64,000 nucleotides of DNA. Source: Candidatus Latescibacterota bacterium (lineage in GTDB: Bacteria > Latescibacterota > UBA2968 > GCA-2709665). The stretch lies in NCBI GenBank assembly GCA_965237675.1, contig OZ250150.1:2112001-2176000 (forward strand), in the 5' to 3' direction. Below, piece by piece: positions 48,992 through 58,567 of this stretch (position 1 is the stretch's first letter; the number at the start of each line of letters is the position of its first letter). The notes beneath the pieces are model-generated. The model was not told the DNA's origin and made no database searches. It saw only the letters and a program-made list of their open reading frames with translations. The translations under genes and the position numbers were made by a program.

Positions 48992-50281
48992 GTGCACAAC
49001 CGTTCGAGAGCGTTATTCGAAGCGGCGCAACGGGTGATTCCGGGCGGGGTGAACAGCCCGGCGCGGGCGTTCGGTCCGGTGGGCGGCCAGCCGCTTTTTA
49101 TAACGCGAGGACGCGGGTCGAAGGTATACGATGCGGACGGACAGGAATATATCGACTACGTCTGCTCGTGGGGTCCGTTGATTCTGGGTCATGCGCCTCC
49201 AGGCGTGGTCGAGGCGCTCAAGCGAATCTGCGAGCAGGGTACCAGTTTTGGGGCGCCCACGGAAATCGAAGTCAAAATGGCCAGGCTGGTCGTCGACCTC
49301 GTGCCCGGTGTGGAAATGGTGCGCATGGTGAACTCCGGCACGGAGGCCACGATGTCCGCCGTGCGCCTGGCCAGGGGATATACCGGCCGCGAGAAGGTGA
49401 TCAAGTTCGAGGGGTGCTGGCACGGGCACGCGGACAGTTTCTTGATTCGGGCGGGGTCATCCGCGCTTACTATGGGCGTGCCCAGCAGCCCGGGCGTTAC
49501 CGCCGGCACGGCTGCAGGCACCCTAACCGCGCCCTACAACGATCTGGAGGCGGTAAAGCGGATCGCAGCGGAGAACCCGGACGAAATCGCGGCGATTATC
49601 GTGGAGCCGGTGGCCGGCAATATGGGCGTGATTCCGCCGGTCGAGGGTTTCCTCGAAGGGTTGCGCGAACTCACCGCCAGGTCGGGCATTGTGCTGATTT
49701 TCGACGAAGTGATTACCGGATTCCGGGTTCATCCGGGCGGCGCGCAGGCCCTCTACGGGATCACACCCGATCTGACCACGCTCGGAAAAATAATCGGCGG
49801 AGGGTTGCCGGTGGGTGCATTCGGCGGCAGGCGGGAGATTATGTCGCATATATCGCCACTGGGAAAAGGGGTATCGCAGGCCGGGACGCTTTCCGGAAAT
49901 CCCCTTGCGATGACGGCCGGTTACGAGACGCTCAGGCAACTCCGGGAACCGGGCGCGTATGAGGCCCTCGAGGGCAAAGCCGCTGCGCTGGAAGCCGGTT
50001 TCCGGGAAAACCTCAGGTCGCTTGGGTTGCCGTTTCGCCTGAACCGGGTCGGGTCCATGATGACCCTGTTTTTTACGGACCGTCCCCCGTCACGATACGA
50101 AGCCGCCGTGGCATGCGACCAGGAGGCCTTCGCACGTTACTTCCGGCGAATGCTGAAACAGGGCGTGTATCTGGCACCCTCCCAGTTTGAAGCGACGTTT
50201 GTTTCGCTGGCGCATACCGATGAGGATATCGACCGAACGGTTAAAGCCCATTACACGGCCCTGAAAGAATGCGCAGCCTGA
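48992..50281 (+). CDS. hemL: Glutamate-1-semialdehyde 2,1-aminomutase
   Basis: [55 protein letters not shown]. Confidence 0.96.
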   Translation: MHNRSRALFEAAQRVIPGGVNSPARAFGPVGGQPLFITRGRGSKVYDADGQEYIDYVCSWGPLILGHAPPGVVEALKRICEQGTSFGAPTEIEVKMARLVVDLVPGVEMVRMVNSGTEATMSAVRLARGYTGREKVIKFEGCWHGHADSFLIRAGSSALTMGVPSSPGVTAGTAAGTLTAPYNDLEAVKRIAAENPDEIAAIIVEPVAGNMGVIPPVEGFLEGLRELTARSGIVLIFDEVITGFRVHPGGAQALYGITPDLTTLGKIIGGGLPVGAFGGRREIMSHISPLGKGVSQAGTLSGNPLAMTAGYETLRQLREPGAYEALEGKAAALEAGFRENLRSLGLPFRLNRVGSMMTLFFTDRPPSRYEAAVACDQEAFARYFRRMLKQGVYLAPSQFEATFVSLAHTDEDIDRTVKAHYTALKECAA

Positions 50282-50733
50282 GTGTAATTCTTCTATTGTT
50301 GCTCGGGTTGTCGGGTTGCGGCGGCGACAGCGAACATTTTACGCGGCTTCGATCCGGTACGGCGCAAGAGCGCGAGGATGCAGCGGCCTATCTGGGCGCG
50401 CGTCGCATGGCCGGGGCGGTTCCCCATTTGCGCCAGGCGCTGAGGGATCCGGTTCCCGAGGTGCGCGCGAAAGCGATCTGGGCCCTCGGGATGCTGGGCG
50501 CCAGGGAAGCGCTGCCCGATCTGTTACTTTTCCTGACAGACAGAAGCCGCCGTTTACGCCAGCAGGCAGTGGTCGCGATTATGCATATCGAACAGCCGGA
50601 GGCCATTGCCGTTCTGGAACTGGCGATGCAGACAGAGAGAGACCCGTGGGTCAGGAGCGATCTGGCCAGGGCAATAGAGCATCTCAAGCAGTTTGTGGGT
50701 GAATCGGACGTTGCGGAGGGCGCATTTAGGTGA
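50269..50733 (+). CDS. HEAT-repeat lipoprotein
   Basis: LSGC lipobox; [10 protein letters not shown] repeats; overlaps the hemL stop. Confidence 0.8.
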   Translation: MRSLSVILLLLLGLSGCGGDSEHFTRLRSGTAQEREDAAAYLGARRMAGAVPHLRQALRDPVPEVRAKAIWALGMLGAREALPDLLLFLTDRSRRLRQQAVVAIMHIEQPEAIAVLELAMQTERDPWVRSDLARAIEHLKQFVGESDVAEGAFR

Positions 50734-50777
50734 GTGTGTTTTGCGCCAGGCCGACAGGCTCGCCTCGACAAGCGCGT

Positions 50778-50868
50778 TTCGACAAGCTCAACGCAAGCAA
50801 CGCAAGCAACGCAAGCAACGCAAGCAACGCAAGCAGCGCAGGCAACGCAGGCACTTCGACAGGCTCAG
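50778..50868. repeat. Seven 9-bp tandem units (CAACGCAAG) between two TTCGACARGCTCA REP-like motifs
   Basis: Five exact and two variant units at 50789-50851, flanked by TTCGACAAGCTCA and TTCGACAGGCTCA. Confidence 0.85.
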
Positions 50869-50951
50869 TGTAAACAACGGAGCGAGACGGGATGAACCGG
50901 CGGATGAATAGTGACAGTTTTCCGGGACAGAACCATAGGGGCATTGTGCAT

Positions 50952-53126
50952 ATGAAAAGGTGGCTGGAACCTCGCATTCTTGCGGCCTGCCTGATCGGCG
51001 GCCTTCATGTTGCATCGTCGAATACTTCCACGGCCTCGGACTGGACGCACTGGCGCGGTCCGATGCAGACCGGTGCTTCTTCGCACAGCGGCCTGATCTC
51101 CAGTTGGACTCCGGATGGAGAGAATCTGGTCTGGCGTTCGGAGTTTATCTGCCGGTCCACGCCGGTGATTCTGAACGGGCGGGTATATGTGATCGGAAGA
51201 ACCGGCGAAGGGGTAAGCCGGCAGGAACACGTTGCCTGTTTTGACGCGCAAGACGGCAGGCTGGTATGGGAGCGCAAGTTCAATGTATGGCATTCCACCA
51301 TCACGTTCAACCGCCTGGGCTGGGCGAATCTTGGCGCCGACGGGGAAACCGGCAATGTGTACGCGCACCTCGTTAACGGTCTGCTGGTGTGTTTCGACCG
51401 TGACGGCGGGATCCTGTGGACCCGGTCGTTGACAGAGGAGTTCAACAGGTTTTCGGGCTACGGAGGCAGGCTGCATACGCCCGTGGTAGACGGAGACCTG
51501 GTTGTCATCAGCATGGGCAACCGAGGTTGGGCGGACCGCCCGCCCTCCCACCGGTACATGGCCTTCGACAAGCGGACTGGAGAGACCGTTTGGATGGCGC
51601 GGCCGGGCGGGGGCGGGCAGGCCGACCTGACCGTATATTCCACGCCGATATCCACGACTATCGACGGCCAGCGGTTATTGATCGCCGGCAACGGAAACGG
51701 AGGCATTTTTGCCTTCAAGGCGGGGACGGGTGAAGTGGTATGGGGGTTCCCGCTGAGCAAGCGGGGTATCAACACCTCTCCGGTCGCGAGTAACAATCGC
51801 GTATACGCGACCCACAGCGAAGAAAACGAGGACAATACCACGATGGGTCGTGTGGTATGCATCGACGGGGGAACGGGGAAGGAGATCTGGCGCCGGGATG
51901 GGATCACGGCGGGGTATGCTTCCCCCGCGCTCCACGCGGGGCGTTTGTACGTTATCGACAATTCGGCAAATGTGCACTGCATGGACGCGGAGACCGGGCG
52001 AATATACTGGGAGCAGAATATCGGCACGGTGGGAAGGGGCTCTCCCACGTGGGCCGACGGTAAACTGTACGTCACGGAAGTCAACGGCGGATTCCGGATT
52101 CTCGAGGTGGAGGACGCGGGCGCGCAGGTACTGGATGAGAAGAAGATTGCGATGCCCGGCGGGAGGCTCGCGGAAATCTACGGTTCGGTCGCCGTCGCAT
52201 ACGGTCGAGTCTACTTCGCAACCGAGGCGGGGTTGTTCTGTCTGGGAGACAGGGATGCGGCGTTCACGCCCGCGTCCACACCGTTTGTGAGACACCCGCG
52301 CGCACCGGACGGCGTCGAACCGGCCTCGCTTCTGGTCGTCCCCGCCGAGAAAACACTGGCGTCGGACGAGGCGCTCCCCCTGAGCGCCCGGGCGTACGAC
52401 GATCGGGGGCGGTTGATTGGGGAGGTCGACGTGGAATGGTCCCTCGAAGGACTGGCCGGGCGTTTTGAGAACGGGCGGTTTACGCCGGCGAAACACGGAC
52501 AGGCCGGGTGGGTGGTTGCCACCTCCGGGGGGCTGACCGCACGGGCATGGGTGCGGGTGGTACCCGATCCGCCCTGGACAGAGGACTTTGAGGGGATCCC
52601 CGCGGGTAAGAATCCGCGCCACTGGGTGTGGGGCGGCAGGGGGTTCCGGGTCGAGGAACAGGATGGAAACAAGGTTCTGGTGAAACCGCCGGCGGCGCGC
52701 GGTCTGGACCGTTCCAATCTGTACATCGGACCGCCTGATATGAAGGGATATACCCTCCAGGCCGATCTGATGGGGGGACGGCGCAGGCGCTGGCGTCCGG
52801 ACATGGGCCTGATCGCGCACCGATACATCCTGGACCTGCAGGGTGCTTACCAGCGGCTGGAAGTCCGGTCCTGGTCCTCGGATCTGCGGATGGTAAGACG
52901 CGTCGACTTCGCATGGGATCCCGACGTCTGGTATACGATGAAGATGAGGGTGGATATCGAGGGCGGTCGGGCTGTGGTCCGCGGCAAAGTGTGGAAACGG
53001 GGCGACCCGGAGCCCAACGCCTGGACGATCGCGGCGGAGGATCCGCTACCCATACGGGAAGGCAGTCCGGGACTTTACGGGTACTCGCCGGCGAACATCT
53101 ATTATGACAATGTGAGCGTGTATTGA
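50952..53126 (+). CDS. Secreted PQQ-like (BamB-type) beta-propeller with C-terminal Ig-like and lectin-like domains
   Basis: Signal peptide, DWTHWRGP, repeated D..TG...W blades, C-terminal G.PGLYG...YYDNVSV. Confidence 0.82.
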   Translation: MKRWLEPRILAACLIGGLHVASSNTSTASDWTHWRGPMQTGASSHSGLISSWTPDGENLVWRSEFICRSTPVILNGRVYVIGRTGEGVSRQEHVACFDAQDGRLVWERKFNVWHSTITFNRLGWANLGADGETGNVYAHLVNGLLVCFDRDGGILWTRSLTEEFNRFSGYGGRLHTPVVDGDLVVISMGNRGWADRPPSHRYMAFDKRTGETVWMARPGGGGQADLTVYSTPISTTIDGQRLLIAGNGNGGIFAFKAGTGEVVWGFPLSKRGINTSPVASNNRVYATHSEENEDNTTMGRVVCIDGGTGKEIWRRDGITAGYASPALHAGRLYVIDNSANVHCMDAETGRIYWEQNIGTVGRGSPTWADGKLYVTEVNGGFRILEVEDAGAQVLDEKKIAMPGGRLAEIYGSVAVAYGRVYFATEAGLFCLGDRDAAFTPASTPFVRHPRAPDGVEPASLLVVPAEKTLASDEALPLSARAYDDRGRLIGEVDVEWSLEGLAGRFENGRFTPAKHGQAGWVVATSGGLTARAWVRVVPDPPWTEDFEGIPAGKNPRHWVWGGRGFRVEEQDGNKVLVKPPAARGLDRSNLYIGPPDMKGYTLQADLMGGRRRRWRPDMGLIAHRYILDLQGAYQRLEVRSWSSDLRMVRRVDFAWDPDVWYTMKMRVDIEGGRAVVRGKVWKRGDPEPNAWTIAAEDPLPIREGSPGLYGYSPANIYYDNVSVY

Positions 53127-53169
53127 AGTGTCCAACATCGAACGCAGACTTCCGGAGAGAAAGACACCG

Positions 53170-54597
53170 ATGAAATCGAGATGGGTTATAGGCGGCGCCG
53201 TGATTGTGATCTGGGCGGTTTCGGGCGCGGGCGCGCAGGAGACCTCGATGTGGGGATTCACACCCTCACGAAACCTGGTATCGGATGAAAAGAACCTGCC
53301 AACGGATTGGAATCCGATCACCGGCAAGAATATTAAATGGAAGGCTGCCCTCGGCTCCCAGTCGTACGCCGGGCCCGTACTGCTGGGCGGCAAGGTGTTT
53401 GTGGGGACGAACAACCGCGGCGAACGCAATCCCGATATCAAGGGCGACCGCGGCGTGGTGATGGCGTTCCGGGAATCCGATGGTAAGTTCCTGTGGCAGG
53501 CGGCCCATCCGAAGCTGCCCGCCGGAAGGGTGAACGACTGGCCGCTGCAGGGGATCTGCTCCACGCCCTTTGTCCAGGGCCAGCGTCTGTACTATGTTTC
53601 CAACCAGGGCCGCGTGGTCTGCGCGGATACGGAGGGTTTTCTGGACTCGGAAAACGACGGGCCGTATCAGGGCGAAGACGTGACCGGGAAGGTTGGCGTG
53701 GATATTGTCTGGGAATACGACATGATGGAAGAGCTGGATGTATTCCCGCACAATCTGGCCACGTGTTCGCCCGCCGGCGCGGACGGCCTGCTATTCGTGA
53801 TTACCAGCAATGGCGTGGATGAAGGCCACGTTGCCATCCCTTCACCGCTTGCGCCCAGTTTTATCGCCCTCAGCTTGATAACCGGGGAACTCGTCTGGGA
53901 GAAGGCCTATCCCGGTACGAATATCCTGCACGGGCAGTGGTCGAACCCGGCTTACGGAATGATCAACGGAGAACCCCAGGTCGTCTTACCGGGAGGGGAC
54001 GGATGGATCTATGCCGTGGCGCCGAAGACGGGCGAATTGATCTGGAAGTTTGATTGTAATCCCAAGGATTCCGAGTGGGCGCTTGGCGGGCGGGGCACCC
54101 GCAACGCGGTAATCGCCACACCGGTGATATACGACAACAAGGTCTATATCGGCGTGGGACAGGATCCCGAGCACGGCGAGGGGATGGGGCATCTGTGGGC
54201 GATTGACGCAACCGGTAAGGGCGATGTTACCGAAACCCACATGGTCTGGCATTTGGGAGACAAGGATTTCAACCGGACGATGTCGACGGTTGCCATACAC
54301 GATGGGTTGCTGTATGCGGCGGACCTGAGCGGATTCGTCTATTGTCTTGACCTGAAGACAGGAAAGCCGCACTGGACCTACGATGCCTACGCCGCCATCT
54401 GGGGGTCACCCTTTGTGGTCGATGGCAAGGTATACATTGGCGATGAAGACGGCGACGTGATGATCTTCAAGGCCTCGGCAGCGTTCGAGAAGATCAACGA
54501 AGTCAATATGGGCAGCGCCGTATACACCACGCCGGTCGCAAAAGACGGGGTGCTGTACATCGGAACCCGCAATACGCTGTACGCGATAACGCAATAG
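53170..54597 (+). CDS. Secreted PQQ-like beta-propeller protein
   Basis: Signal peptide, NIKWKAALGSQSY, repeated TG.L.W blades. Confidence 0.82.
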   Translation: MKSRWVIGGAVIVIWAVSGAGAQETSMWGFTPSRNLVSDEKNLPTDWNPITGKNIKWKAALGSQSYAGPVLLGGKVFVGTNNRGERNPDIKGDRGVVMAFRESDGKFLWQAAHPKLPAGRVNDWPLQGICSTPFVQGQRLYYVSNQGRVVCADTEGFLDSENDGPYQGEDVTGKVGVDIVWEYDMMEELDVFPHNLATCSPAGADGLLFVITSNGVDEGHVAIPSPLAPSFIALSLITGELVWEKAYPGTNILHGQWSNPAYGMINGEPQVVLPGGDGWIYAVAPKTGELIWKFDCNPKDSEWALGGRGTRNAVIATPVIYDNKVYIGVGQDPEHGEGMGHLWAIDATGKGDVTETHMVWHLGDKDFNRTMSTVAIHDGLLYAADLSGFVYCLDLKTGKPHWTYDAYAAIWGSPFVVDGKVYIGDEDGDVMIFKASAAFEKINEVNMGSAVYTTPVAKDGVLYIGTRNTLYAITQ

Positions 54598-54706
54598 AGG
54601 CCGCGGAACGCCCGGCGCCACCGATGCGGAGTGGCATGTTCCCTGGCGCACGGGGTGACTCGCCAGGCGCTTGGCCCGTCAGGCCGGATTCGACCCGTGA
54701 GGTCTG

Positions 54707-54869
54707 GTGTCCTGTTCCGAAAATATCTTACCATTCTCCCGCCGATTCATCCCGCCTGGCTGCGTTGCCTTCGCTCGCCGACCTTGCGTAGGTGGCCTGC
54801 GCTCTGGCGCCTTGCCAGCCGGGCGACTCGTCAGCCGAATTCAAGCAACCTATTTCCGGGACAGGACAC
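54707..54869. mobile_element. MITE-like element C (~163 bp)
   Basis: TIR GTGTCCTGTTCCGAAAATA / TATTTCCGGGACAGGACAC; CTGG/CAAG at the ends resemble a decayed CTAG target duplication. Confidence 0.72.
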
Positions 54870-54872
54870 AAG

Positions 54873-55607
54873 ATGCCGTTGAAGAAGAAGGTGATTCTGG
54901 TAACCGGCGGGGCCTCAGGCATCGGCCGCGCCGCTTCGCTTTGTTGCGCCCGGGACGGCGCTCGCGTGGGGGTCGCGGATTGCGACGGGGACGGCGTTGC
55001 GTCAACGGTTAGCGAAATCGAGGGACAGGGGGGTTCCGCACGGGGTTTCGAGGTGGACGTACGGGTGGAGGCGGGGGTTCGGGCGATGGTGAAGGACGTG
55101 GCCGGCGCGTTCGGACGGATCGACGGACTGATTCATTCCGCTGGCATTCTGGAAGGCGCGCTGGTCCCCGTCGATCTGTTCGAAGAGGAGACCTGGGATC
55201 GGGTGGTCGACGTGAATTTGAAGGGAAGTTTTCTGATGTGCAAGTATGTGGCGCCGGTTCTGGAGCGGTCCGGCGGCGGGGTGCTCGTGCTGATGTCTTC
55301 CGGCGCCGGCGTGCGGGGAGGCAGTTCGTCTGCGGCATACGGATCGAGCAAAGGCGGGGTGCACGGGCTCTCTCTGGTGCTCGCGCCGCAACTGGCCTCC
55401 AGGGGAATCCGGGTGCATGCGTTGTGTCCCGGGAGCCTTGAGACGCCGTTGAAGATGGGTGTGTTGAAGAAACAGGCGAGTCTGGAGGGGCGGTCCCTGG
55501 AGGAGATGAGACAGGGTCTGGGAGATCCGGAGGGTGTGGGAAAGGTGCTGGCGTTTCTGGTTTCGGAAGATGCGGACTACGTGAGGGGTACCGTCTTTAC
55601 AAGATGA
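54873..55607 (+). CDS. Short-chain dehydrogenase/reductase
   Basis: VTGGASGIG, HSAG, YGSSK, CPG. Confidence 0.9.
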   Translation: MPLKKKVILVTGGASGIGRAASLCCARDGARVGVADCDGDGVASTVSEIEGQGGSARGFEVDVRVEAGVRAMVKDVAGAFGRIDGLIHSAGILEGALVPVDLFEEETWDRVVDVNLKGSFLMCKYVAPVLERSGGGVLVLMSSGAGVRGGSSSAAYGSSKGGVHGLSLVLAPQLASRGIRVHALCPGSLETPLKMGVLKKQASLEGRSLEEMRQGLGDPEGVGKVLAFLVSEDADYVRGTVFTR

Positions 55608-55728
55608 CTTGCGGGTGGCCCGCGGTTCCGACCGCGCGGACGTCGAGGCCGCGCGAATCGATGAAACGAAAACAAGGTCCTGGTGCTACCGGGGAGAGAA
55701 TCGACAAAAGGGGAAAGCGAGGTAACGA

Positions 55729-57012
55729 ATGCAGCGCACGATGAAAATCGCGCTGATCGGCGCGGGGATGTTCGGCGGGGACGTGCATGCCAGGGCGTTC
55801 GCCGATCTGCAGCGGATGGGAATCAGTGGAAATCTGGGACGGGTCGGGTTGGACCGGTGGGCGCGGGACCTGGCCGATATACAGTTCGATCTGGTGGCCG
55901 TGGCCACACGGTCGCAGGCGTCGGCGGAACGTGCGCGGGATAATTTTAAAGCTTCCACGGGGCGCGAGCCAGGAACGTACTGGGGAGAAAAGCCGTGGGA
56001 AGACGTGCTGCGCGATTTTCCCGACCTCGACGTCATGGCGGTGGTCACGCCGGATCATCTGCATACCGAGGTGACGCTGGCCGCGCTCCGGAACGGGACG
56101 CACGTGGTGATGGAGAAACCGATGTGCCTGTCGATCGAGGAGGCGGACGAGATCATCGACGTGGCCGACGAGAAGGGGCTGGTGGTCTGTGTGGATATGC
56201 ACAAGCGATACGATCCGGATCATCTGCGCGTCCAGCACGATCTGTCCACGCGGATCGGAGAGCCGCTCTACGGGCAGGCCGTGCTCGAAGAGCCGCTGGA
56301 GGTGTCCACGAGCACGTTCAAGTGGGCGGAGCAGAGCGATCCGTTCAGTTATGTCGGTCCACACTGGGTCGACCTGATTTACAACTATTTCAGGAGCAAA
56401 CCCGTCGCGCTATCCGCGGTCGGACAGAAGAAGCGGCTGGTTCGGGACGGGATCAACGCCTACGACGCGGTTCAGGTGCGCGTGGAATTCGATAACGGTA
56501 TGAGCATCTATTTCCACAATAATTGGATAACGCCCGATGATTTCGAGGGCCCCGTGAATCAGGGCCATGAAATTGTGGGCACCGACGGCAAGGTGGAGTC
56601 GGACCAGCAGTACCGGGGTCTTCGTTTCTGGTACGACGGGGGCGGCAGCCGTACGGTGAACAATCATATGACCCGCGACGTCAGGCGTCCGGACGGCTCG
56701 GATGCGTATATCGGATACGGCGTGGACAGCATCACGGTGGGGCTGGTTGCCGCCTGCCGGATCAAGTTTCTGGGGGAGACGCGGGAGGACGTGGACGGGA
56801 TCTATCCGACGGCGGCGGATGGGCGGATTACGGTCGCGATTGTGGATGCGGCAAGACGGGTACGGGATCTGAATTTCAAATATCTGCATGAAGGCAAGGG
56901 GACGCCGGTGACGGCGCGGTTCGGGGAGGACGGCATCACCATTATCGATCCGAACCGGATTGACGAGGGCCCGGAAGCCGTATTCCAGCGAATTTACGAA
57001 AAGCCAATATAG
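55729..57012 (+). CDS. Gfo/Idh/MocA oxidoreductase
   Basis: LIGAGMFG, TPDHLH, MEKP, HKRYDP, YVGPHWVD. Confidence 0.88.
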   Translation: MQRTMKIALIGAGMFGGDVHARAFADLQRMGISGNLGRVGLDRWARDLADIQFDLVAVATRSQASAERARDNFKASTGREPGTYWGEKPWEDVLRDFPDLDVMAVVTPDHLHTEVTLAALRNGTHVVMEKPMCLSIEEADEIIDVADEKGLVVCVDMHKRYDPDHLRVQHDLSTRIGEPLYGQAVLEEPLEVSTSTFKWAEQSDPFSYVGPHWVDLIYNYFRSKPVALSAVGQKKRLVRDGINAYDAVQVRVEFDNGMSIYFHNNWITPDDFEGPVNQGHEIVGTDGKVESDQQYRGLRFWYDGGGSRTVNNHMTRDVRRPDGSDAYIGYGVDSITVGLVAACRIKFLGETREDVDGIYPTAADGRITVAIVDAARRVRDLNFKYLHEGKGTPVTARFGEDGITIIDPNRIDEGPEAVFQRIYEKPI

Positions 57013-57098
57013 GGTCGGGGCGAAACGGGCCGTGAGACGCCGCGCCTTCAGGTTCGGGTGGCGCCTCGCCGCTCGTTATTCATTTTCAGGAGGATGCG

Positions 57099-58469
57099 AT
57101 GGGCAGGGAGTTCGATATCACACCCCGGGACGTTCCCCGCGTGGACACCAAATTCCGGCGAATCGTCTCCAAATTGCCGCATCCGGAGTCGGTTCCCGTG
57201 CTCGAGGCGCTTCGCACCTATGAGCCGACTTCGATGCGCGGACAACCGCCGGTCGTGTGGGATCGGGCTGAGGACGTCCAGGTCCACGACGGGTACGGGA
57301 ATATGTGGCTGGATTGGAGTTCCGGGGTGCTGGTGACGAATGCGGGCCACGGGATGCCGGAGGTGCGGAAGGCCATTCTGGATCAGGTCAATAGCGGACT
57401 CCTGCACAGCTACGTGTTCCCCAACGCCGCGAGGGCGGCGCTCGCCGAAACCCTCACGGGACTGGCGCCGGATGGGCTGGATAAGGTGTTTCTGCTGACC
57501 ACCGGTTCCGAGGCCACCGAGAATGCGATCAAACTGGCGCGCACCTGGGGAATGAGGCAGGGCGGGAGCCGCAAGGTCGGGATCGTGGGGTTTGAGCGTG
57601 GCTTTCACGGGCGCACGCTCGGGGCGCAGCAGGCCGGCGGGATGCCCGGACAGAAAGACTGGATCGTGAATGAGGATCCCGCCATTGTACAGGTTGCCTT
57701 TCCGGACGGATACTGGACGGAGAATACCGATTTCGACCACTTCTGCGCGACCCTGAACGAAAAAGGGATGAAGGCCGACGACGTGGCGGGGGTGATCGTG
57801 GAGACCTACCAGGGCGTCGGCCCGGACTTTCTCCCGGTGGAATATGCGCGAGCCCTGGCCGAATGGTGCCGGGCGCACGGGGCTCTGCTGATATTCGACG
57901 AGGTGCAGGCGGGGTTCGGACGAACCGGAAAAATGTGGGGGTTCGAGCACTACGGCGTCACACCGGATCTGATCACATTCGGGAAGGGCGTGAGCAGTTC
58001 CCTGCCTCTGTCGGGCGTGATCGGCCGGACGGAAGTGATGGATCAATACCCGCCCGGATCCATGACCAGCACGCATACCGGCAATCCGGTCTGCGCGGCG
58101 GCGGCGCTGGCCAGCTTGAAGAAAATCGTGGAGGACGACCTGCCGGGCAATGCCGCCCGGCTGGAGGCGGTGATGATGGACGGGTTGCGCGCGATTCAGG
58201 CCCGTCATCCGCTCGTGATCGGCAATTGCACGGGCAAGGGGCTGGTCGCGGGGTTGCAGATAGTCAAACCGGGTCTGAAGGAGCCCGACCCGGATCTGGC
58301 CTTCGACGTGGTCGAACGCTGTTTTCACAAGGGGCTGCTGTTTTTCGCGCCGGTGGGATCCTGGGGGCAGACGGTGAAGATCTCTCCGCCGCTGACCATT
58401 ACCGAGGAAGCGGTGGCCGAAGGCCTGGCGGTGCTGAGCGAGTCGGTGGACGAGGCGGTCGGAAGTTAA
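57099..58469 (+). CDS. Class III aminotransferase (GabT-like)
   Basis: DWSSGVLV, TGSEATE, FHGRT, DEVQAGFGRTG, FGKG. Confidence 0.9.
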   Translation: MGREFDITPRDVPRVDTKFRRIVSKLPHPESVPVLEALRTYEPTSMRGQPPVVWDRAEDVQVHDGYGNMWLDWSSGVLVTNAGHGMPEVRKAILDQVNSGLLHSYVFPNAARAALAETLTGLAPDGLDKVFLLTTGSEATENAIKLARTWGMRQGGSRKVGIVGFERGFHGRTLGAQQAGGMPGQKDWIVNEDPAIVQVAFPDGYWTENTDFDHFCATLNEKGMKADDVAGVIVETYQGVGPDFLPVEYARALAEWCRAHGALLIFDEVQAGFGRTGKMWGFEHYGVTPDLITFGKGVSSSLPLSGVIGRTEVMDQYPPGSMTSTHTGNPVCAAAALASLKKIVEDDLPGNAARLEAVMMDGLRAIQARHPLVIGNCTGKGLVAGLQIVKPGLKEPDPDLAFDVVERCFHKGLLFFAPVGSWGQTVKISPPLTITEEAVAEGLAVLSESVDEAVGS

Positions 58470-58567
58470 ACGGCGGGAAGCCGTTCCGAAAACATTGGGG
58501 ATGATCCACTCGGAAAGGCGGGCGGCCGGTATCGTCGCTCGCATTTTTCCTGTACGGAGGAACGTCA

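Noticed and set aside
50789-50851. CRISPR array or RKQ-repeat protein
   Set aside because: Contiguous 9-bp units with no spacers and no cas genes; the overlapping ORFs are artefacts of the repeat.
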